A stretch of 63,003 nt of DNA, counting the filler, from Octopus bimaculoides (Eukaryota), in NCBI RefSeq assembly GCF_001194135.2. It is 7 parts of 6 records of this genome, joined end to end, with 100 filler letters (N's around TTAATTAATTAA, not from the genome) between each part and the next. Parts side by side here need not be neighbours in the genome. Positions count along the whole stretch, not along the records: positions 49,381 to 50,391 come from NW_026380309.1; positions 50,492 to 55,709 come from NC_069007.1; positions 55,810 to 60,870 come from NC_069004.1; positions 60,971 to 63,003 come from NW_026433624.1; 3 more parts are not named here. One strand, given 5' to 3'. Below the pieces are notes generated by a model that worked only from the letters and a program-made list of their open reading frames with translations, searched no databases and had not been told where the DNA came from. Made by a program: the position numbers and the translations under genes. Each line of letters begins with the position of its first letter. The first letter of the stretch is position 1. Below, one piece after another: positions 49,381-63,003 of this stretch.

Positions 49381-50390
49381 AGAAACCATACAATAAAAAT
49401 ACAGACTGGATCAAACGCACCCAAGATGCCAACAAAAATCTACAAGAACAGATATGGGAAGACATCTCAATCACCTAAGGAGGGCATTAACGAAGACTCA
49501 TAAGTGGAAATCCCTTGGTATTGACAGAGTACCAAATTTCTGGCTCTCATCACTCTCGTCCGCGCACAAAATGTTAGTAATACTATTTAATAGTATTATA
49601 AAAGACCCAGAAAAAACTCCCCATTGGATAGCAAATGGTATTACTTACCTCCTCCCCCAAAATAATGAAACCAAAGACCAAAAAAAACTACCAGCCTATA
49701 ACATGTTTGTCTACTACCTATAGTGGAGAAAACATACGTTTATGGAAGAGAATAATCTATTTCCTACTGAACAAAAAGGATGCAGACGAGGCTCATACGG
49801 ATGCAAAGATCATCTCCTAATTAATCGCATGATCCTTGAGAACTGCCATAACAAGCGCAAAAATATCAGCTCTTCAAGGATTGATTATAAAAAAAATTTT
49901 TGACAGCATACCACATTCGTGGATTCTGAAATCGCTGGACATTTTCAAAATTTCTTCTGTGATTTCAGATTTTTTAAAGTATATGTCACTATGAAACACG
50001 AAGCTCCAATTATATCATTCTAATTATATAAATCATTCTAATGGAGCATTGCACTCAAACAATATTAACATAAACTGTGGCATTTTCCAAGGTGACTCAC
50101 TTTCACCACTAATTTTCTGCATAGCACTAATACCACTCTCAAGTGAACTGAATAGAACAGGGTATGGCTACAAAATTGACAACAGGAAAATAAGCCATCT
50201 ATTTTATATGGATGATTTAAAACTACATGGGAAAGATGATGAAGAGCTTGAAGGACTACTACATGCTGTGAAAGAATTCAGTGATGATATCGGGATGGAG
50301 TTTGGCCTTGAAAAGTGTGCCAAAGCAACTTTTAAGGAAGAGAAACTGGTAAAGTCAAGTTCAATAGAATTAGATGTCGAAACAGTAATA
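49381..50390 (+). mobile_element. R4/Dong-like LINE RT fragment
   Basis: HKWKSLGIDRVPNFWL, IFQGDSLSPL, HLFYMDDLKL, GMEFGLEKCAK; same family as 15120-17385. Confidence 0.92.
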
Positions 50391-50490
50391 ANNNNNNNNN
50401 NNNNNNNNNNNNNNNNNNNNNNNNNNNNNNNNNNNTTAATTAATTAANNNNNNNNNNNNNNNNNNNNNNNNNNNNNNNNNNNNNNNNNNN

Positions 50491-50661
50491 NAATTTGTTG
50501 TGATATTAGGATTTTTCTTGTTAAATAAATTTTCGAACTATGCAAGAAGTTAAAACCTTTTTTTGACTAAAACACAACCGGGACCCTAAGTAAGGTATGT
50601 ATAAAATTTGAATGAAATCGGTTGTGTAGTTCTCGAGTTTTAGGGAATCACACAGACACAG

Positions 50662-50694
<33 letters not shown>

Positions 50695-50720
50695 AACATT
50701 CTCATTTTTATATATATAGA
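50491..50720 (-). mobile_element. Non-autonomous Helitron 5' end
   Basis: Reverse complement starts TCTATATATATAAAAATGAGAATGTTTG(TG)n...CCGATTTCATTCAAATTT; truncated by a gap. Confidence 0.7.
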
Positions 50721-50997
50721 TATATATATATATATGTGTGTGTGTGTGTTATATATGTGTGTGTGTGTATGTATGTATGTATGTATGTATTTGAGCATCA
50801 AACTAGTACACTTTTTTGTTGTTCCCTCACTTGGATGTGTTTTTCTTTTTACAATTTTGAATTATATGTGTGCGTGTGTGTGTGCACACACACACACACA
50901 CATATACATACTTATATACATACAAATACGTACTGCCTCAGCATGGCACTGACCGAGTTGATTAAAGCGAACAATGTATATGTATATATATGCAGGC

Positions 50998-51060
<63 letters not shown>

Positions 51061-51089
51061 TATTGACACACATACATATATACATACAT

Positions 51090-51124
<35 letters not shown>

Positions 51125-51791
51125 CATATGTGTGTTTGTAAGAGGTGACAAAGGAGGATGAGTGAGTGAGGTGAGTGAGGGGTGAGGGAGGGAGTAAGCG
51201 AGTGAATTGAAGCTATAATAATAGAACCGAAAGCGACAATAAGCTTCGCTAGATCTTAGAATCACAAAAGTAAAACAAAAAGACAATAACAAAAAAACAT
51301 AAGGCTATCTCATTGTTGTTGCCGCTGTAGATGCTGGTGGTGGTGGTGAAAGAAAAAGGGGCGATAACACCTTCTCTACTCCAGAAATCAAAACACTTGA
51401 AGTCAGTCATACAGCGATTGTGGTTCGTGCTTGCATAAAAGGCTACTTTCGACAGAACCATTCCACACCAGCTCTTCCTGACGTTAGTTAAGAACCACTT
51501 GGCTAAACACAAGATTGTAACAAGCAGTTTAGCCCTCCAGGTCAACTCTTTGATTTAAAAACAATCTAGCCGTGACCACCTTGTCGTTTTTTTTGTTTTT
51601 TTTTTCATTATTTTTCTTCCTTTTTTTTTGTGGAAAGGATATTTTTCTTGTTTTGACAGTCATATTATACCCAGGAAGACATCATTGAATGTGTTCAGTC
51701 CTTGTTCAAGCCAGTTCGCCGCCTTTAATAATAATATTAAATATAATAATAAGAATGATGATGATGATGACGATGATGATGATGATGATGA

Positions 51792-51824
<33 letters not shown>

Positions 51825-51850
51825 TGATGATGATGATGATAATAATAATG

Positions 51851-51912
<62 letters not shown>

Positions 51913-51989
51913 TTCTACTGTAGGCAAAGGCCTGAAATTTGATGGGAGGTATTACATCGACCCCGGAGTTTCACTGATATTTAATTTAT

Positions 51990-52420
51990 TGCTTGTGCGT
52001 GCGTGGAAGAGAAGGCTTCATCCCTAATGTTTAGGACGTTATCTGTTGGTTGTGTAATGCTTAATTTTTCAATAATACAGAGTTCACATTTGGTACCCCG
52101 TCCTTTGTATTTTTTGGTTTTTGGCAATAATTTTTCCATTCTATCTGGGGGTTGCTTAGTCTACCTTCTTTCAAAGTCCATATCATATTTGACAGAGATG
52201 TTGCATGTTTTTTTACTTTTGTCTCTGAATGACGCCAGATGTTGTATATGCCTTCCTTGAACAAGTTGCCCATCATTCCGATAAACGTCTTTGCTATTCC
52301 ATTGCTGTCCATGAACTTGGCCTTGTATGCGTGTTCTTTCTCGAGACAGTTGTTGTTTAGAGGGCAGTGGCTTGGGAATCTAGAGTTGCATTGTCTTTCG
52401 GGGGTGTTTCTGGTGTGTTT
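51990..52420 (-). mobile_element. Penelope-like GIY-YIG remnant
   Basis: KTFIGM..N.FKE...HATSLSNMIWTLKE...IEWKII.K.KKYKGRGTKCELCIIEK with frameshifts. Confidence 0.75.
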
Positions 52421-52751
52421 ATATTATTGTCATTGAGTATTATTGACCCTATGTTGGGGAGCCAATTATGTATGCATGCATGTATGTATGTGTGTATATA
52501 TATTTGTGTATTTGTTTGTCCCCCCCTCCCAACATCGCCTGACAACCGATGCTGGTGTGTTTACGTCCCCGTAACGTAGCGGTTCGGCAAAAGAGACCTA
52601 AGTATTAGGCTTACAAAGAATAAGTCCTGGGGTCGATTTGCTCGACTAAAGGCAGTGCTCCTGCATGACCGCAGTCAAATGACTGAAACAAGCAAAAGAA
52701 TAAAACAATAAAAGAATACGTATTTATGAAATTGTTTTTGCATTCAGAGTA

Positions 52752-52758
52752 AGAGAGG

Positions 52759-52843
<85 letters not shown>
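52752..52843. repeat. (GA)n microsatellite upstream of the zinc-finger gene
   Basis: Long GA run; any regulatory (GAGA-type) role is unsupported. Confidence 0.95.
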
Positions 52844-52846
<3 letters not shown>

Positions 52847-53040
52847 CTTCACAAGTTTGAACACTTTATTCATGTATATTTATCTTCCTCTTAATTTCGT
52901 TTTACTTTCAGATCCTGATCAAGCGATACATATAAACCATGTGATATCCGTCTTCAATCCAAGCCTGATTGAATATTTATTTTCCACACGACATCACCTC
53001 TGTTCCATAACCGCATCTATCAAAATAATTATAGACTCCA

Positions 53041-53303
53041 CGAAGAATACGATTCTGAGCAGATTGTAAAATTCAGAAGAATGCATTAGTATCAAATACA
53101 CTGAGATTGTTGATTTCAGTGAAGCAGACGACAGGAACAGTCGCGAAAAGGACACCAGTGAGATAAAGCATACATACTACAAAGAAACCGATCTTCAAGG
53201 CCAACAGACCAATGAAGAAATTAATTTAACGCCAAAATTAATTTAACGCCGAAAAAGAAAAGGGAATATTGGAATAATGATTCCTGATATTTAGACAAAG
53301 TTA
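53041..53303 (+). pseudogene. Decayed duplicate of the 3' end of the downstream zinc-finger ORF
   Basis: EEYDSEQIVK/SEECISIKYTEIVDFSEADDRNSREKDTSEIKH...NEEINLTPKKK aligns with EENNSEQVVKSEEYISIEYIDIDDFSETDDKDSLEGDNCEIKH...EEINLPPKKR; 1-bp frameshift and 17-bp internal duplication. Confidence 0.88.
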
Positions 53304-53508
53304 TAACATTTTCTTCTTTTTAAGCAGAAATAGAAAAAGCGTAAAGGCGAGTCAGTAAGAATCCCGTTTCTTTCGGTTATCATTATGTGTTGAAATAGCA
53401 AAATGATTGAATATTTACGGTCTTCCATTGCTTTGTGTGTTCTCTGAATAGGAGGTTACCACTAACAACTTTTGCTTTAAAATAATTTGAGAAAGATAGA
53501 ACCAGAAA

Positions 53509-54546
53509 ATGTTGACCAACAACTTCTTGAATCCGTTTATAACGCGGCCATTATTGGAGCTACATAACAAAACCAATATCCCGTTTTTGGCCGTCCACAA
53601 CAGACTGGACAGCTTCGGTTCGAATTGTCTTTCAGATAAACCTTGTATTCCACACCTCTCTCATGTGTCTCTACAGCAGTATCAAATGCAACAGCAGCAA
53701 CACCACTCCCCTTTCTGGTTCATACCACCACATTATCGCCACCAACCGCCTCATTTCCCACCTATATATACTACAGACCCGATGCTGCCGATAACTCGAC
53801 GAATAATGTCAGTTAATCCTTCGATTTGCAATCCTTATTTACCACAGGCTACCTGTAGCAAAACCTCCCTCGGTGTTTTTGGACGCAGCAAGAACACAGG
53901 CAGCACTAGCGATGTGGACCGTCTACAGAGCACGCATTCAAAAGCAGCCGCCGCAAACAGCGGTGTCAGCGGTTATAATCAGAGAAGTTTCGGTTTGGAT
54001 AGACTCAGCACTACCTTCTCGTTTTTCCAAGGTAGAGAGAAGAGCGAACGTGGCCGGAAAACGTTCCTATGTCCACAATGTCACTATGTAACAGATAGAA
54101 AGAACAATTTAAAACGGCATATCATAACGATGCACCAGGAATGTGCGAAGGTCTTGGAGTGTTGTGGCTTTGTATTTCGCAGCAAAGCTTCCCTCAGAGA
54201 ACATGTGAGTCTCTTTCATAGTACTGGCTACGGTTGTCGTATTTGTGGACGAAACTTCTGCCGCAAAGCTCTTCTTCGTCGACACCTTTCCGTGCACAGC
54301 GGTCAGAAAGACTACCTTTGTCCTTTTTGCAGCTATGCTACCAGCCACAAAAGTAACCTGGAGCGTCATCAAAAAGTACACAGCAAAAAGAACGGCAACC
54401 CCTGTGACCATTCCAGTATCATCGAGCTGAGCTCGGAATTGACGAAAACTGACGATGGGCATCGGTCCAAAGAAGATTCGATGGAATCACAAAGCTTTCT
54501 ACTGAACAACAACAACAACAACAGCAACAATACCAACAACAACATC

Positions 54547-54602
<56 letters not shown>

Positions 54603-55473
54603 CGATAATAGTGCAAGCTTTCTCCGAGAAGCAGAGTCGATCGACATCGGAGACGAAGATGATGCTCCTCGACTACGCAAAATCTTCCTGCGTGACAGAC
54701 TAAATCAGACCTATTCAGAAGTGGCCCATGAGCTGAACCACGGTAATGTCAGTGCCAAAGATTTCTTTTATCAATTAATGAACCAAAACAAACGACTGAA
54801 AACTGTCAGCTCCCCAACTTTGGACGAAGACGCTAACAGAAAAACTATTAAACGCAAAACTCCGAGGATATTTATGGCTTCTTATAAATGTATAGACTGT
54901 AGGAATATATTTTCTCATCAAAGTCTACTGAATTCCCACTCTTGCGTTAAGAACCGACATTATGATGACAGTTACCTTTCGATAGTGCATCCGTTGGCTC
55001 GAAGACAGAGTTCCTCTTCAAATGGAGTTTGGCACGATTCAGACCTCGTCTGTATCGACTCGATGGTTAAACGAAATAAACTGAATGCTCACATTGAATC
55101 GTTTGAGAGAAATACAACGCTTGGTGGTTCGTCAGGGGCTGGACTTACGCAGTCGATCTCAAAGTCGGACTCTAAGATATCTCTTGTTGTTACAGAAGCA
55201 GAGAGCGAAATTAAAGTCAAAAAGGACTTTGATGCCGTCAAAACTCTCAGCAATGACCACAACTCGGAACGACTCGAAGAAAATAATTCAGAGCAGGTTG
55301 TAAAATCGGAAGAATATATCAGTATCGAATACATTGATATTGATGATTTCAGTGAAACAGACGATAAAGACAGCCTCGAGGGAGATAACTGTGAGATAAA
55401 GCACAACGAAACAGCTATTCAAGAACAACACGAAGAAATAAATTTACCTCCAAAGAAAAGAATTTTGAAATAA
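53509..55473 (+). CDS. C2H2 zinc-finger transcription factor (4 clustered fingers, poly-Q, poly-N, acidic tail, C-terminal NLS-like PPKKR)
   Basis: Uninterrupted 654-aa ORF in AT-rich DNA; CPQC..H..H, atypical ECCG..H..H, CRIC..H..H, HSGQKDYLC linker, CPFC..H..H. Confidence 0.95.
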
Positions 55474-55659
55474 TGATATCTGATATATAGACGGGGTTAT
55501 TTAATTACATTTAAGGGGAGGGTGTGAAGACTAGATATCGGGATTATCCGACAAGCATCCAATCCTAGACCTGCACTTAGTATTATGTAAATGTCACCCG
55601 CTCTCTTCCCTCTTGTAACTTTGTTCACTACAACCATATTACATGGCTTGGCTACGTTT

Positions 55660-55709
<50 letters not shown>

Positions 55710-55845
55710 NNNNNNNNNNNNNNNNNNNNNNNNNNNNNNNNNNNNNNNNNNNNTTAATTAATTAANNNNNNNNNNNNNNNNNNNNNNNNNNNNNNNNNNN
55801 NNNNNNNNNTGTATGTATGTATGTATGTATCTGTATATGTGTCTT

Positions 55846-57004
55846 CGTGGTCTGATCAATAAGTAACTGGACTGTTGCTATAGTAACAAAGCTAAAGAAC
55901 GCAGAGTAAAGCCGCTAGGCACAGATTGACCTTGAACACTGTTGTGCATACACATTAAGTTTACAGCAGTGCTTGGAAGGAAGGTGTGTAGCGTGTGATC
56001 GCCGCATTGACCATAAACCTAATACTTATTCTATCGGTCTCTTTTCTAAAGCGCTCAGTTACGGAGACGTAAACAAGGTAGCACCGTTTGTCAAACGGTG
56101 ATGGGGGACAAACATGCGAGGTCTGACCAATAAGTATCCGGACTGTCGATATAGTAACGAAGCTAAGGTACGCAGAGTGTAGCCGCTAGACAAATATTGA
56201 CTTTGAACACTGTTGTGCATGCGCACTACGTTTTAACGCTCTAGCTCACTTTCGGTGTTTACAGCAGTGCTTGGAAGGAACGTGTGTAGCGTGTGATCAT
56301 CGCACTGACCATGACAGAGAAAGTTTTCATGGCGATACCTGGTCAAAGGACTATACAAAGTTGCAGAAAGTTTATGGAGTGGAGTGTATGAGCCGCACAC
56401 AAGTGTACGAGTGGTTCAGACGTTTCCAAGATGGCCGAAAAGATGTCGAGATTAAGGAAGTTCTGGGAGAACCGAAACCAGTAGAACTGCAAAAAGCACC
56501 ACAGATGTGCGTGCGGCTGTGAGAGGAAAATCGCCAAATCACGATGCGTGAGTTATCAGTGGATGTACAGATTAGTTACGATTCACTTTAGTCCATTATC
56601 CCTGACGATTTGGGTATAAGACGCGTGTCTGCCAAGTTTGTGCTGAAAATGCTTTCAGCTGACCAAGAAGGCACTTGGGTTTCAGTTGTACAAGATCTTG
56701 ATTATGTCGAGAATGATGAAAACTTTTTGAAAACTTAGGCTTCTGAGCAGGTATCGCCAAACTTTTGGTAACATTTGATGCAGATTCTCTGCTAAACGTT
56801 TCTCTGTCATTGTCAATGCAACGTTCACACGCTACACACCTTCCTTCCAAGCACTACTGTAAACAGTGGAAATGAGTTAAAACGTTAAAACTTAGTGCGC
56901 ACGCACAACTGAGTTCAAGGTCAATATTTTTCAAGCGGCTTCACTCTGCCTGACTTAGCTTCGTTACTATGCCAACAGTCCAGATACTTATTGATCAGAC
57001 CTCG
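55846..57004. mobile_element. Rearranged mariner: three copies of the left end plus transposase N-terminus
   Basis: cgaggtctga(t/c)caataagta...ggactgt at 55846 (+), 56117 (+) and 57004 (-); KLQKVYGVECMSRTQVYEWFRRFQDGR...RVSAKFV. Confidence 0.85.
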
Positions 57005-57805
57005 TATGTTTGTCCCCTCGTCACCGCTTGACAAACGGTGTTCGCTTGTTTACGTCTCTGTAACTGAGCACTTTAGAAAAAGAAACCGATAGAATAAGTA
57101 TTAGGTTTGAAAGAAAAAAAAACAGAAGTCCTGGGGTCGATTTGTTCAACGAAAACCAATCAAGGTAGAGCTCCAGCATGGCCGCAGTCAACTGACCGAA
57201 ACAAGTAAAAGAAGAAAAGAAAGAATATGCGTGTTCATATATGTACGCCTGCGTGTGTATGAGATTCTTACCGCTACAATGGTTACGGCAGTCTCTTACT
57301 GGCAATATATGTACAGCAGTGCATTTCTAACCTACTCTCTGGTGTGAGCGTCGTTAAGGAACAGACATATAATCCACAAACTCCAAGAAATATGCATATT
57401 TTTAGGTACATATTTATGTATGTATGTAGTTTCGTAGGTATATATGTAAGTATGAACGCATGTGTATACATGTGTGTGTGTGTTTGAACGTATGCGTATA
57501 CATGTTTCAATGCATGTATGTATATATTGCATGTATGTACGCATGTACTGTGTATTTATGTATATAAACATATATACGAACATATACACATATATTCATA
57601 TATGTAGATAGATATACGGACAAATGGATTAACAGTCAGATAGATGTATGGATAGATAGACAGACGCACAGATAGATGAACGGGTTACACACACACGTAG
57701 TTATTTATATACCAACATATATATATCATAAATAATTTGGACACATAAGTATATTTAATACCGAATCTATCTGTTAATTAATATTATAAATAGATAGATA
57801 GATAA

Positions 57806-57861
<56 letters not shown>

Positions 57862-58013
57862 GTGTGTGTGTCTCTGAGTGTGTGTATGTATGTATGTATG
57901 TATGTATGTATGTATGTATGAATGAATATGTATGAATCTGTGTATATATGTATGTATGTATACTACATGTAATAAATACTTTTCCATCTATATATCTATC
58001 TATCCATCTATCC

Positions 58014-58072
<59 letters not shown>

Positions 58073-58375
58073 AGTCTGCCTGTCTGTCTTTTTGTCTGCC
58101 TGTCTGTCTGTCTCTCGCTTTCTCTACATATATCCGTACATACATATACATATTAAACATATACATGCGTGTGTTTTATTTAAGCACGCGCACACACACA
58201 CACTCACACACACATACACATGTACACGCCCACGCACATACGAACACACGAACATACACATACATGCACTTGCACAAACACATACATACATACACGTACA
58301 CACACACACACATATTTCACTTTTGTGTTTGGTTTGCAGGATTCTTTATGTGAATTCGTGTGTTGAAGCTTATTT

Positions 58376-59923
58376 TATTGTGTCTGGGGAGAGTCGTTCA
58401 CTTTTAGTGCCTTATTAATTTAACACACTTACCGATTTCCTCTCATTTACTAATTTATTTTTACTAAAACTTTCGTTGCGATTTGCAACCTTTTCAATAG
58501 TCGTTGACTTTGTCCGTTATCAGAGCTGCGTTCCTTTTCTTTTCTGTTTTTTTTTTCTGTAAGCATGCCTGTTCGTCAGTGTGCGTGCGCATCCACATAT
58601 GTATGTATGTAGACTTAAGAAAGCTCAACATTAAGATCGTTGAAAACCCAGGGAACTCCATCAAATCACAACTATGTAGGAGGTACCCCTTTGAGAATAG
58701 CACATGTACCAATGATAACTGCATGGTATGTAAGACTAACCTTAGCATTAACTATGGAACTAGAAGTGTACTCTAGAGCATAACTTGCATAGAGGGTGCT
58801 TGTAAAGACAAGAATATAATGTACATATGTGAGACAGTAGAACCATTGCGGAGAGACTAAATAAACATCAGAGACAATATGACAATACAAACAATCCTCC
58901 ATACTCTGCCAACATGCCAAAGACTAACAAGGAGGCACACTGGGTCAACTTAACATCCTCATTTTATCCAAATACCCCAAGGACCCAACACTCAGACAAG
59001 TACAAAAGTACGGCATCATTAATGAAACATCCTCAGTACTAAATAGAAAGATATATACATAGGTGTCATAACCCAATGCCCACGGTTTATATAAGCACGG
59101 ACAGTGTAGTTAGTAGGCCATTATGTAGGTGTGTAGGCGGGTGTGTGTGTGTGTGTGTGTCTACGTGAGTGCGTGTGTGTGTATGTAAATATATATATAT
59201 ATATATCTATGTATATGTATGTGTATATGCATATATATGTGTGTAAATGGATACGCGTATGGACAGGTAGATATACAGATATATAGGTACAGAGCTGATT
59301 TGAACAGACCGGCACAAACACACACATACATTCATACAAATGAAAATTGAAACACGACCATATGCACACACGTACACTTCACACAAGGACAACCATGGAG
59401 ACACACATGGAGACACACGTCCATACATAACAGACGCACATACATAGTCACACAGACCCATACACAGACACACTCAAACATGCACACACAGATACACACA
59501 TATACAAACACAAACATGAACACAAACACACACAAACATGAACACAAACACACACAAACATGAACACAAACACACACAAACATGAACACATATGCACATG
59601 GATATGTAGATTACATGCATACATACAAACGTGTACACATGCATACACACATATGCATACACACATATGCATATACACACATATGCATATACACACATAT
59701 GCTTACACATGAATACATATATGTATGCGCACGCACACTGACGCACACGCATGCGTAGAAAAAGGGAAAATAACGCAATTCCGATAACGGACAGAGTCAA
59801 CGACTACTGAAAAGATTGCAAGTCGCAACGAAGATTTTAGTAAAAATAAAAATAATTAATGAGTGGAAATCGGTGAGTGTGTTAAATTAGTAAGGCACTA
59901 AAAGAGAATGACTCTCCCCGGAC

Positions 59924-59930
<7 letters not shown>
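58376..59930 (+). mobile_element. Penelope-like 3' fragment flanked by inverted pLTR copies
   Basis: GIY-YIG remnant at 58600-59050 (CMVCK..ITCIEGAC..MYICET.RTIAERLNKH...VLNRK); inverted repeats 58376-58592 and 59725-59930. Confidence 0.8.
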
Positions 59931-59999
<69 letters not shown>

Positions 60000-60207
60000 T
60001 TTACTAGTTATTCTTTTTGTATTTTATTGATTTTTTTAATAGGGTTTTTGTGATATATTTGTTTCCTGGAGGGTGTGAGTTGAATTCTTCTTTGTTGAAA
60101 TATTTAATAGTAGTTTTTGTTTAAAATATATACATATATTTTGTATTGGGAAATTTGATTTAGTATTGCTGAATTTAATTTTTCCCTGTAAGTTGGAATT
60201 TATTCCC

Positions 60208-60348
<141 letters not shown>

Positions 60349-60653
60349 ATGTTTGACTTTTGCTTTGCATTTGTACAAGTTGGATCCAAGTCTCACTCAG
60401 AGACCCCAAGAGTTAGAAGTTCTTGTAGGTGTTATGCCTATGGTACCATATATTTGGATTTGTACATAGTGTTGTTCTAGAGAATGTTTAAGAAACTATA
60501 AGAAAATTATGTGTTTGTTTTAAAATTTGAGATTATATAGACAGTATTTTACGTAGGATATGGGCAGTTCCCATGAGCACTATCTTTTGAACTTCAGACA
60601 TTTGGGGGTTTCCTGGTATCTGAGCTAGGAAGTAATTATTATTATTATTATTA

Positions 60654-60696
<43 letters not shown>

Positions 60697-60970
60697 TATT
60701 ATTATATATATATGACCATATGTGGTTATTATTTAATCAGCTCATTGCTATTCAAGGTCCTTGTTTGAAGCAGTTTCTAATATCAGACGTACTGAAAAAT
60801 ACATTAAAAAAAGACATAGAGCACTACAAGGGTGACGATCTCATCGTCTTTCATAATATATATATATATANNNNNNNNNNNNNNNNNNNNNNNNNNNNNN
60901 NNNNNNNNNNNNNNTTAATTAATTAANNNNNNNNNNNNNNNNNNNNNNNNNNNNNNNNNNNNNNNNNNNN

Positions 60971-62850
<1,880 letters not shown>

Positions 62851-63003
62851 TGTATAGATGCAAAGTGTATCTAGAACACCCTCCCCCAACTTTGACATGT
62901 AATTATCGGCATTGAGATTATTTTCGTAATTTTCAACTAAAACAAAAACACATATACGTATACAAACACGCACACGCACGCACACACACACACACACACA
63001 CAC

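Overview
Eukaryotic, AT-rich DNA saturated with microsatellites and repeats, from a gapped draft assembly (many N runs and six artificial TTAATTAATTAA gap linkers). The tRNA-derived SINE families and repeat density fit a cephalopod, probably Octopus (inference). Two host genes are supported. (1) The last two coding exons of a + strand type-B carboxylesterase/cholinesterase-family gene (6225-6412 and 11696-11808), ending in a GPI-signal-like tail; the first exon is absent from the ORF track. (2) An intact 654-aa C2H2 zinc-finger ORF (53509-55473) with a decayed copy of its own 3' end just upstream. The rest is mostly transposon debris: R4/Dong-like REL LINEs, RTE LINEs, Penelope-like elements (PLEs), Helitrons, a FLYWCH-MULE, Tc1/mariner copies, MITEs, a Gypsy integrase scrap and four SINE families. 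There is also a 66-bp 28S rRNA fragment. The most striking unannotated signal is a set of type-I hammerhead ribozyme motifs read directly from the sequence. One has a fully canonical core and a GUC site (42128-42206); two more are canonical or nearly so (21746-21827, 42459-42549). Several variant or decayed copies also occur, mostly in PLE-like terminal repeats. All structures were folded by eye and family calls come from motif recognition; no searches were run.
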